From IMG/VR virus record IMGVR_UViG_3300046047_000046, positions 1 through 64,000 of that record: a stretch of DNA of 64,000 nucleotides; one strand, 5' to 3'. This stretch comes from an uncultured virus (IMG/VR IMGVR_UViG_3300046047_000046) (lineage: Duplodnaviria; Heunggongvirae; Uroviricota; Caudoviricetes; Crassvirales). Below the pieces are notes generated by a model that was not told the DNA's origin, searched no databases, and saw nothing but the letters and a program-made list of their open reading frames with translations. The position numbers and the translations under genes are program-made. Shown piece by piece: positions 10,041-18,700 of the stretch (position 1 is the stretch's first letter; each line of letters opens with the position of its first letter).

Positions 10041-10201
10041 CAATAAAAGAATTAGAAGAGGCTATAAAGAGTATTCCTGCATGTACTCCTGATACATGTA
10101 TCAGGGTATCTAAGAAGGGTAAAAAAGTAAAAACATTATATTGGATTACTCATGTAGAGTATAATGACTCATTAAAAGAGGCTGAATTAGTAATAGAGTA
10201 A
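10037..10201 (+). CDS. Hypothetical protein (54 aa, not in ORF track), probable paralog of 9813..10040
   Basis: ATGA overlap; MTIKELEEAIK...VEYNDSLKEAELVIE aligns with MTADELIETIR...IKYNEYFKEFEIEIE. Confidence 0.65.
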   Translation: MTIKELEEAIKSIPACTPDTCIRVSKKGKKVKTLYWITHVEYNDSLKEAELVIE

Positions 10202-10222
10202 ATAAATAAAAATAAAATAGTT

Positions 10223-10537
10223 ATGATATACAATAGTATTATACCTCCTAAAGGGTTTAAATGTATTAATTTATTTGGTATTGTATTTGCCAGAAAGGAT
10301 GTAAAAGTATTACAAAGAGATATAAATCATGAGAAGATACATACAGCACAAATGAAAGAATTGCTGTTTATCTTTTTCTATATTATCTATCTTACTGAAT
10401 ACTTTATAGGACTTATAAAATATAAAAATAAGCATGATGCTTATAGAGGAATATCCTTTGAAGTAGAAGCTTATGAGTATCAAAATAAGCCTACATATCT
10501 TAGAAGTAGAAAACATTTTGCACAATGGAAAAAGTAG
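10223..10537 (+). CDS. Small HExxH zincin-like protein
   Basis: INHEKIHTAQ and downstream FEVEAY. Confidence 0.75.
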   Translation: MIYNSIIPPKGFKCINLFGIVFARKDVKVLQRDINHEKIHTAQMKELLFIFFYIIYLTEYFIGLIKYKNKHDAYRGISFEVEAYEYQNKPTYLRSRKHFAQWKK

Positions 10538-10545
10538 TATAAAAT

Positions 10546-10770
10546 ATGCTTAATATAAAGAGATTTTTAAAAATAGACAGTAATAGTATAGAGCAAAGAG
10601 CCAAAGAAGCTGCTGTTGATATTTTCAACATTAATACAGACAATTTAGATGATGCCTATCTTACATGTCTGAATATAAGAATAACTATTCCTAAAGATGA
10701 TAATCTATTAGACAGGTTAGCATCTTTAAGGAAAGAATACATTAACAATATAATAAATATTAAAAAATGA
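10546..10770 (+). CDS. Hypothetical protein
   Basis: ORF coupled to the next gene. Confidence 0.65.
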   Translation: MLNIKRFLKIDSNSIEQRAKEAAVDIFNINTDNLDDAYLTCLNIRITIPKDDNLLDRLASLRKEYINNIINIKK

Positions 10771-11324
10771 AATTAGCATCACATAATAGTTGGTCATTTA
10801 ATAAACCTGCAAAGTGGTATATGAAACCTTTTCAGTTTATAGCAAAATGCCAGTCTAAAAATATAAAAGAGCAGTATAATGCAGGAGTAAGACTGTTTGA
10901 CCTTAGAGTAAGATTTGTAAAAAAGCATCCTTATTTATATCATGGAACAATGTGCTTTGGTAGATTAAACTATGATGATTTAGAATATCTTGATAAGCTA
11001 AAAGATGTTACTGTAAGAGTAATGCTTGAATTTAATTCAGAGCCAAAGGATATAAAGGATCAGATTTCTATGTTTAGAGACTTTGTTATTAATCTTACTG
11101 CAACATTTTGCAGTACTAAATTTGTTGGTGGAAGAGTTAAATATTCATGGGAAACAGTAGTATCTAACTTATATGATATAGAGCCTGATATTGACAATCA
11201 GTATAGTTCTGCTAAAGGTAATAAGATTGATAACTTATATCCTAAAGCATGGGCTGATAAGAATAATACTAAAGTATTAGCAGCAGGTACTACTAAACCT
11301 TGGTTAATGATGGATTTCATTTAA
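10767..11324 (+). CDS. PI-PLC-X-like phosphodiesterase (minimal)
   Basis: ASHNS, CQSKNIKEQYNAGVRLFDLRV and LYHG match the PLC-like phosphodiesterase N-terminal pattern. Confidence 0.8.
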   Translation: MKLASHNSWSFNKPAKWYMKPFQFIAKCQSKNIKEQYNAGVRLFDLRVRFVKKHPYLYHGTMCFGRLNYDDLEYLDKLKDVTVRVMLEFNSEPKDIKDQISMFRDFVINLTATFCSTKFVGGRVKYSWETVVSNLYDIEPDIDNQYSSAKGNKIDNLYPKAWADKNNTKVLAAGTTKPWLMMDFI

Positions 11325-11335
11325 ATATTCAATAG

Positions 11336-11388
11336 AATTACATATAATAATATTGATAAATATTTTATTAATATTATTATATGTAATT
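11336..11388 (+). promoter_or_regulatory. Long AT-rich inverted repeat (about 25-bp stem)
   Basis: aattacatataataatatt / aatattattatatgtaatt perfect 19-bp arms, extended inward by one G-U pair and ataaa/tttat. Confidence 0.75.
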
Positions 11389-11404
11389 TAAACTAAAATA
11401 AATT

Positions 11405-11620
11405 ATGAAAGTAAAATATATAAAACCAGTAATTACAATAGTGAAAATTGATAAAAGCACTTTATTATGTGTATCATCAGATACAACTATTCCTGACCAA
11501 AAGCAGCATTGCTCTAATTGTAAATGGAATCCTGATGGCACAGAGGCATGGCACTGTGACCATAGTAAAAATCCATGGACAGGGAAGCCCTTTTATCCAG
11601 ACTGTGACTTCTATAATTAG
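11405..11620 (+). CDS. Short peptide with a YxxP leader and Cys/Trp-rich C-terminus
   Basis: MKVKYIKPVITIVKI...LLCVS then CSNC...HCDH...DCDFYN. Confidence 0.7.
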   Translation: MKVKYIKPVITIVKIDKSTLLCVSSDTTIPDQKQHCSNCKWNPDGTEAWHCDHSKNPWTGKPFYPDCDFYN

Positions 11621-11640
11621 TATTATAAAAATATAAAACT

Positions 11641-11835
11641 ATGATGTTAACAATTTATATATTAATAGCCTTAGTTACTGCCATTTTATCATATATAGCT
11701 ATGATGATTCTATGTGTAGATAAATCAGAAAGCATATTAGACTGTCTGACAATATATCTCTTCCTTGCTTTAGGATTAGGAATACTCTGGTTTATAACTA
11801 TTCCAATAGCAATAGTAGGGTTTATAGTAGAATAA
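11641..11835 (+). CDS. Small two-helix membrane protein
   Basis: Two hydrophobic segments in 64 aa. Confidence 0.65.
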   Translation: MMLTIYILIALVTAILSYIAMMILCVDKSESILDCLTIYLFLALGLGILWFITIPIAIVGFIVE

Positions 11836-11853
11836 TTATTAATAAATTAAAAT

Positions 11854-12216
11854 ATGACAAGAGAAGAAGAAATACAGCAAGCAGCTAGTAAGATATGTAA
11901 GGATGAAAGATTTGAAGAATCTTATAATCCTGTTGAATGCTTTATTGCAGGTGCATCTTTTGCAGATACACATCCTATAAATCAGTGGCATGACCTTAGA
12001 AAGAATCCTGATGATTTACCTACTAAAAATGGCTATGATTGGGTTCTTACTATGTTTAAAGATTCTAGAGATGGATTTATAGGTTTGCCTCATATAGCAG
12101 AAATTAGAAAAGATGGGTTATGGCATACAACAGATGATGATGATTGGGTTTCTACTAAAGAAGTGTTAGGAGATGCTATTGCATGGATGCCAATACCTAA
12201 ATTTAAAGGGAAATGA
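11854..12216 (+). CDS. DUF551-like phage protein
   Basis: FIAGASFAD, WHDLRKNPDDLP and terminal IAWMPIP. Confidence 0.7.
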   Translation: MTREEEIQQAASKICKDERFEESYNPVECFIAGASFADTHPINQWHDLRKNPDDLPTKNGYDWVLTMFKDSRDGFIGLPHIAEIRKDGLWHTTDDDDWVSTKEVLGDAIAWMPIPKFKGK

Positions 12217-12509
12217 TTATGAATATTTCTATTGCAATTATAATTATACTGTTAGTTGCCACTAATTATTTTCTTATATATAGAAATTATAAAGTGTATA
12301 TACTCAGAAATAAAATTATAGACTTATGCAGTGAGTATAATAGCAGACATATTGATAAGCATTATCCTTATAAGTTCTTTAAAAGTAGAAGTGATGCTTA
12401 TGCTTGGTTCTTAAATAAGTATTCTTACATAGATATGACATTCAGCTTTAAGAAATTAGAGTTGGAATGCTGGTACACTAAAGAAGAAATTAGTAAACTT
12501 AAAAATTAA
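12213..12509 (+). CDS. Hypothetical membrane-anchored protein
   Basis: N-terminal hydrophobic helix; coupled ORF. Confidence 0.65.
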   Translation: MIMNISIAIIIILLVATNYFLIYRNYKVYILRNKIIDLCSEYNSRHIDKHYPYKFFKSRSDAYAWFLNKYSYIDMTFSFKKLELECWYTKEEISKLKN

Positions 12510-12513
12510 AGTC

Positions 12514-12783
12514 ATGATAAAAGAAGAATTGAAGCTATTCTTCAATAATTATGAGTTCATTAGTAACAGATGTGTATATATCATTCATGAGCTGAAGGAT
12601 GTCTTAGAGTGTAATAGACCTTATTATGAAGACTTTGACACTGACCCAAAACACGAGAATCTGCACATCTGCTATTCTGATTACTATACAAATGACCTTT
12701 ACTATATAAGCATTTCATTTGATGATTTTTTAGGCGATATTGATTTATTCATTAAAAACTTTAAAGCAAATGTTCACAAATAG
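12514..12783 (+). CDS. Hypothetical protein
   Basis: ORF in a tight gene array. Confidence 0.65.
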   Translation: MIKEELKLFFNNYEFISNRCVYIIHELKDVLECNRPYYEDFDTDPKHENLHICYSDYYTNDLYYISISFDDFLGDIDLFIKNFKANVHK

Positions 12784-12819
12784 AACTGCTGACGTTACAT
12801 CTACTGATGTCAAAGAAAT

Positions 12820-12861
12820 TCAGATGTATTTGCAGAAGACTGGGAAATAATAAACGAATAG
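12820..12861 (+). pseudogene. Possible C-terminal remnant of a DUF2829/Tad2-like gene
   Basis: Reads SDVFAEDWEIINE* with an in-frame TGA at 12805 and no start codon; resembles the DUF2829 C-terminus D-x-[LF]-A-E-D-W-E-I. Confidence 0.45.
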
Positions 12862-12888
12862 AAAAATAAATAAATAAATAAAAAATAT

Positions 12889-13683
12889 ATGAGTAAAGTA
12901 TTTTTAGGAGGAACTTGTAATAATTCATTATGGCGTGAACGTCTAATAACAATGTTAAATGTTGATTATTTCAATCCAGTTGTAGAAAATTGGACGGAGG
13001 AATCTAAAAAGAATGAAGAAAATGAGAAGATTCTTTGTGATATTCATTTATATGTAATCACTCCTCTTATTCAAGGAACTTTTTCAATAGCTGAGGCTGT
13101 AAATGATTCAGTAAGGATACCCAAGCAAACAATTCTTTGTGTTTTACAAAGTGATGATTCTATAACTCCAGAACTTCCTGCAACTTTTAATGAGTCTTTA
13201 AAGAGGTCCATGTTCGCGGTAGAAAAGCTTGTTGAGTCTAATGGCGCATTTGTAGTGCATTCTTTAAAAGAGGTTGCAGATTTGATTAATGAGACTACTA
13301 CTAAAGGTGTAGCTTTATATTCAATTCTTTCCAATGGAATAGTTAAGATTCAAACAGAAAAAACTGTTGATTCTATTTCCGATGGATTTCATACTTTCAA
13401 GGAATTGTATGAATACAGGAAATTGTATAATGCCGCTTTCTTTAATGAGTACGCCAAGTATGGTAGTGTAATTAAATCTAAAAGACATAACACAGGTGAA
13501 GAATGTTTTGGAGGCGGATGGTTTATAGTAATGGCAAAACTGCCAACTGGACAAATATCCAATCATTATGAATTAAAAGATTGGGATTTATTTAAATGCA
13601 AAGAAGTTGAGAAAGCTTGGAAGTGGGATGGGCATACCCCTCAGGATGTAGCTAAAAGACTTGAAAACTATCTAAAAAACTAA
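12889..13683 (+). CDS. Nucleoside 2-deoxyribosyltransferase-like domain fused to a WDGH domain
   Basis: KVFLGGTCNNSLWRE...YFNPVVENW...FSIAEAV (NDT-like); ISDGFHTFKELYEYR...GQISNHY...WDGHT (WDGH). Confidence 0.8.
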   Translation: MSKVFLGGTCNNSLWRERLITMLNVDYFNPVVENWTEESKKNEENEKILCDIHLYVITPLIQGTFSIAEAVNDSVRIPKQTILCVLQSDDSITPELPATFNESLKRSMFAVEKLVESNGAFVVHSLKEVADLINETTTKGVALYSILSNGIVKIQTEKTVDSISDGFHTFKELYEYRKLYNAAFFNEYAKYGSVIKSKRHNTGEECFGGGWFIVMAKLPTGQISNHYELKDWDLFKCKEVEKAWKWDGHTPQDVAKRLENYLKN

Positions 13684-13714
13684 AGATACATTCGCAGAAA
13701 ACTAAAAAAATAGT

Positions 13715-13891
13715 ATGTGGAAAGTAACTTACACATATTGGTTTTCCTCCTTTATGGGTGGAGAAACAAGAGAAGAGTGGCATTTATACAATGTCACTAA
13801 CGCAGATGATTTAGAAACAGCTATTAAAGGTAAGGTTTCTGAATTACAGCGTAATTATACTCATGTGGGTTTTAATATAGAAAAAGTATGA
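13715..13891 (+). CDS. Hypothetical protein (58 aa, not in ORF track)
   Basis: MWKVTYTYWFSS...FNIEKV*; ATGA-coupled to the next ORF. Confidence 0.6.
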   Translation: MWKVTYTYWFSSFMGGETREEWHLYNVTNADDLETAIKGKVSELQRNYTHVGFNIEKV

Positions 13892-14037
13892 GTAAAACTT
13901 ACAAAGAACAGGCTGTTTGGGATTATATACATAGTTCCAGACAGCTATCTCAAAAACTCCTCAAAGGAGTGAAGAATTACTTTGAAAGATGTAATTATAA
14001 CAGACTTGACCAGTCATGCAAAATGCAGGAACTTTAG
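13888..14037 (+). CDS. Hypothetical protein (49 aa, not in ORF track)
   Basis: MSKTYKEQAVWD...MQEL*; ATGA overlap. Confidence 0.5.
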   Translation: MSKTYKEQAVWDYIHSSRQLSQKLLKGVKNYFERCNYNRLDQSCKMQEL

Positions 14038-14096
14038 ACAAAATAACAAATGGCACAGAATAAGAAGTATGTGCTAAATTAATTAAATAATAAAAA

Positions 14097-14510
14097 ATGA
14101 GAGATGATAAATTAAATGTATGGCTTAATGGCTCAGTTACTAATCCAAAGGGAGTTATTAAAGCATTAACTAATCTTGGAGGACTAAATAAAAATGGATT
14201 TAGTGGGCTTGCTTACTGTAGTATATATTTTATTAATGAAAATTTAGTTATTAACATGCTTCCACAGGAGTTTTCCTTTGCTAAACTTATTAAAAAAGTA
14301 TTTCATGAAATACAACCAGCAGTAGCATTGCAACCATTTGATAAAGTATTAGTAAGAGATACTAGAATGGGTTATACTGAGTGGAGAGCTGATGTTTTTT
14401 CACACATGAAAGATACTGAATATCAGTGTGTTGGTAGTATATGGCAAGAGTGTATTCCTTTTAAAGGTAATGAATATTTATTGGGTACAACACTTTCACC
14501 AAAGAATTAA
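14097..14510 (+). CDS. Hypothetical Bacteroidota-phage protein
   Basis: QPFDKVLVRD...W...FSH...CIPFKGNEYLLGTT motif. Confidence 0.75.
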   Translation: MRDDKLNVWLNGSVTNPKGVIKALTNLGGLNKNGFSGLAYCSIYFINENLVINMLPQEFSFAKLIKKVFHEIQPAVALQPFDKVLVRDTRMGYTEWRADVFSHMKDTEYQCVGSIWQECIPFKGNEYLLGTTLSPKN

Positions 14511-14521
14511 TACTCTGTCCC

Positions 14522-14722
14522 ATGAAGAGAATTAAAAAAGTAGCAAGAAAGTATGCAGGTCTTAGTAGCTGTAAAAACTGCCCATTCTTTAATAAGTGTA
14601 ATCTTGATAGAATAACTGTCTGTATTAATGAAAAAGTAAAAGCCTTTATTAGAGGTGCTAATTGGGCTAATAAACAAAATTCTTTAAAAAATAAATATGA
14701 AACTGATAAATCAGAGTCTTGA
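14522..14722 (+). CDS. Small Cys-rich hypothetical protein
   Basis: CKNCPFFNKC...C...AFIRGANWA. Confidence 0.6.
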   Translation: MKRIKKVARKYAGLSSCKNCPFFNKCNLDRITVCINEKVKAFIRGANWANKQNSLKNKYETDKSES

Positions 14723-15554
14723 AATTATACCTCAGGAAGAAGGTTTTGAAGGTATATATAAGAATATAGAGATAGCAGGTAGAACTTGTTATAAAAGTGA
14801 GAATAAGATTACTAAAGATAGTGCTAAAGATTTTACTCAAAGAATGATTAATAGCGGACATTTAGCCATGCTTGAGTTTGGTACTGTATATCTTAAATTT
14901 CCTATATCAGGAATAATGAATCAGATACAAGACCATACTTATATGGATTATGTACATAATAAATACTCTAAAACTAAAGATATATTGTCTTTTAGTAATC
15001 CAAATAATACTATCCCTATGAGATATTGTTATATTACTACAAACTATCGTGTTTTAATAGAAAACCATTGGGAAGATGATTTAAAGTATATGTGTGAGCC
15101 TACTAAGTATCATTATAAAAGAGTGCATGTTAAGTTTACTACTAACAGGCAAATAGCTAATGAGTTTGTAAGACACAGAGTATTCAGTTTTGCTCAAGAA
15201 AGCACAAGATACTGTAATTATAGTAAAGATAAATTTGGAAGCATGATTACCTTTATTAAACCATGGTGGTATGATACAGGCAAGGATACATTATCTGATA
15301 GGTTCTTTATAGAGGAATTAAAAGCTATTGAATCTGAATATGGTAATCTTACTGTAGGTAAATTAGGGTCTGCACAAGCAGCTGCTCAAATATTACCTTT
15401 ATGTACTAAAACTGAACTTAATATGTGTGGATTTATTAGTGATTGGAAACATTTCTTTGAACTTAGAGATAGTAGTAATGCACACCCCCAAGCTCAAGAA
15501 TTAGCACATAAACTTAAAGAAAAATTTATACAAATGAAATTAATAGAGGAGTAA
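14697..15554 (+). CDS. thyX: FAD-dependent thymidylate synthase
   Basis: GHLAMLEF; EFVRHRVFSFAQESTRY signature; FFELR...AHPQ. Confidence 0.95.
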   Translation: MKLINQSLEIIPQEEGFEGIYKNIEIAGRTCYKSENKITKDSAKDFTQRMINSGHLAMLEFGTVYLKFPISGIMNQIQDHTYMDYVHNKYSKTKDILSFSNPNNTIPMRYCYITTNYRVLIENHWEDDLKYMCEPTKYHYKRVHVKFTTNRQIANEFVRHRVFSFAQESTRYCNYSKDKFGSMITFIKPWWYDTGKDTLSDRFFIEELKAIESEYGNLTVGKLGSAQAAAQILPLCTKTELNMCGFISDWKHFFELRDSSNAHPQAQELAHKLKEKFIQMKLIEE

Positions 15555-15596
15555 CTATAATAGTTACTACTTTATAATAGTTGTAATTACATTGAG

Positions 15597-15638
15597 AGGA
15601 GAGGATAAGTAAATTACTTATACTCTCCTTATTTTTTT
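15597..15638 (+). terminator. Rho-independent terminator after thyX
   Basis: aggagag-g-ataagtaa / ttacttat-a-ctctcct stem followed by T7. Confidence 0.8.
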
Positions 15639-15646
15639 CTATCTTA

Positions 15647-15680
15647 ATTGTATATAATAATAAAATTATTTATCTTTGCA
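15647..15680 (+). promoter_or_regulatory. Bacteroidota-type promoter for the RNA polymerase operon
   Basis: ATTGTA, then TATCTTTG at 15671-15678; 20 nt between TTG and the -7 box. Confidence 0.75.
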
Positions 15681-15702
15681 TCAAATTATAAATTATTTAA
15701 AA

Positions 15703-18700
15703 ATGGGACAATCTTGCACAATTATACCAGATAGTACTCTTAAAGAGTATGCTCAAAGTATTGGTATTCCTAAGGAGACAGCTAATATGCTCTATGGGAA
15801 GATAATAGATAAGCATATAAAGGGAAACAGGACTGATAATAAAGTAACTGAGAAAGAACTTAGAGATGAATATATAGCATCTGATGACTTTCATAAGTTG
15901 CCTGATAATTATAATATAGAAGAGTCTAATAAAACAGTGGTATCTGAAGATAGTAATAAAATGATAGAAGCAAATCATTCATTAATCAGTTATGCTGATA
16001 ATGATATGTCTTCTATGACCTTAAATAAGGTAGAGAGTCTTGATTTCTACCTGAATAAAGTATTACCAAAGGAATATCAGACACAGTTTTTTAAGGATAG
16101 TTTAAATGAAATTTCTAAAAAAGGAGCCTTTATAAAATATTATGAGATATTTAGAGAGGAAGCAACTAGTAATATATTACAAAATAATGGTAAAGAAGTA
16201 GCATCAACTATATCTGATATAGCTGCTTACAGAGCTTCTCAGTATATAAAAGCATTAAGTGCTAATAAGCAATCACATACTAAATTCTTCGATATACAAG
16301 GCTATTTTAATATAACTCCTATACAAAGTGTAGATAAAAAAGCTTCTATCAAATCAAGTATTGCTACTCAATTTATAGGATTTGGAGAAGGTATTGCTAA
16401 TTCTTCTACTGAGTCTTATAGAAAACAAGCAGGAGAGTATGCTAATACAGGACACTATAGTAGTAATGATGTAATATTTATATCTATTGTAGGAAAAAGA
16501 GGAGATGCTATTACTAGAAAAGAACAGCAGGATAAAACCATTAAGGAGGCATTAAAAGCTATTGCAGCTGGGGCTACTTTAATTACTGATAATAAAGCTT
16601 ATACAGATTCTTCAGATTATAATGAAGGAGAAAAAAGACTTGCAAAAAATCTAGAAGCTGAGGGATATACATATTCAGAAACTATAGTTAGTGGTCAAAC
16701 ACTAGGAGTGTGGACTAATAATGGTGATAAAAGAGATATTTTAGAATTAGCTAATAAGAAGTTTAAAGAAAGAAGCACTTCTGCAATAAAAGAACAAAGT
16801 AGTAATATATATTCTCAGTTAGGAAGTAAAACTAAATCAGAGAATATAGAATTAGTATCTTGGGGTTCTTTAAAAAATTTAACTTCACCCCTTACATCAA
16901 ATGGGGAAATTGTAGCAACACGTCTTAAAGGAGATACTTCAGCAAATTTTGGCAATACTTTTACTCCTGATAGTAAGATTAAAAGAAACAATAAACTACT
17001 AACCTTGGTAAACAATACAAAAGAGGCAGTAACAAAGTATATTGAAGCAGTATTATATTCTAATGACAGTCATTATAAATGGATTAGAGAGCAGATACAA
17101 TCTGGAAACTTAAAAGGTAAAAAGATTCTATACTACACAGAATTAAATGAACCCTCACATGCAACAGCATTGGATTGGTTAATTAATAGTAAGGATAGTC
17201 CACTAAATATAAATAATCAAAATAGTAGTAAATTAGAAGAACAATCTTCTCTGCCAGATATAAAGACTCCTAAAGAAGCAAGTGCTTATGTAAGTCCTGA
17301 TAAAGATACACCAAGAGCTAAGTTAGGTAGGGATATGTCTCCTATAGAGATATATAATAGAAAGCTCAAACTTGCAAGAGACTTCAGCGGTAAAATTAAT
17401 ATAGCATTAAGAAAGCAAATTAGAGAAGCACAGGACAGACTTAATGCACTTGATGTGAATGACCCTGATTATGCAAAGAAATCTGAGGATATAAATAATG
17501 AGATTAAAGCTCTTAGAGATAGTGAGCAGGGAAGAAGGCAGTTACTAACTACTACTCTTAAGCCTGAAGACATCTTTAATATGATGAGAGAGGACTATAA
17601 AGAGATAGTAAATTACTCAGATGAAGACTTGGAAGATGCTTATGGTAAAGATTGGAGGCATGTAAAAGAAGGTTATATAAAGATTCTTAATAATTTTGAT
17701 GCTCTTGTAGAAGAATCTATGCCATTAGTAGAACATGCAGAAAAGTTTAAAGTAATTACAAAAAGAATAGATAATAAAAAAGGTAGAGATACCTTATCCG
17801 GAGAAACTAAAGACTCACAGGATTTAACAGATACTGAAGAAGCTGAAAATGGGGATGATGAAAATGGTAAAAGAGTTAATGGCAGTGAGGGATGGTCAGA
17901 GAATATAAGATTTCAGGATTCCTATGATACTCAAAGAGCAGAAACAAGGCAAGTTTTGAGTAATATAATGGAGGTGAAAATTGATTCTGATGGTAGAGAA
18001 GTAACACAGACTGATGACTTACAAGAGCCTAAATATCTAAGAGAGGATTATGCTCATGCAGTAATGTTGTCTGAGTTAGCTCCAATGCTTATAAATCCTG
18101 ATGATTTCTCTACAAAGACTAAAAAAGAGGATGGTACTTATGAATATACTCTTCCTGCATTAGACAAGCTTGTAAAAAAGTATCCTTGGATGGGGCAAGT
18201 AGAAGTTAGATTACTTCATGACCCAAGACTTATAAGTATATTTTATAATGATATGAGGAAAGACTTTGTACCAAGATGGATGCAAAGGGATAATAAGACT
18301 TTTCCCCTTAATATGGAATTACCTGTAAAGAGTATGCTTAAAGGAGTAAGTACAGCATATACTCTTAGCACTTACTTCACAAAAACTCCTATTTATGGCT
18401 CTAACTTTACTGTAAATAGTACCAATGCAAAGAAAGTAAATGATAATCTTACCTTACTTGCAAAAGAAGTAGCTAAAGCAAAGAAGCAAAATATTTTATT
18501 GTCTAATGAAGTATATGATGGAATAGCTTATACACTTGCTTCTGTAGGATTTGATATTTCAGTAGACTCCTTAAAGGCATTATCATTAAATGGACTTAGA
18601 GATGTATGTAATGATTTAGGTAGTATTCTTGATATAGCAGAAAAAGGAAATATAGACTTAAATGGTCTTATGCAGAATACTCTTAACATGAAAAAACAAA

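Noticed and set aside
15676..15702. TTG start for the RNAP gene
   Set aside because: The TTG is part of the TATCTTTG promoter box; ATG 15703 follows an A-rich leader
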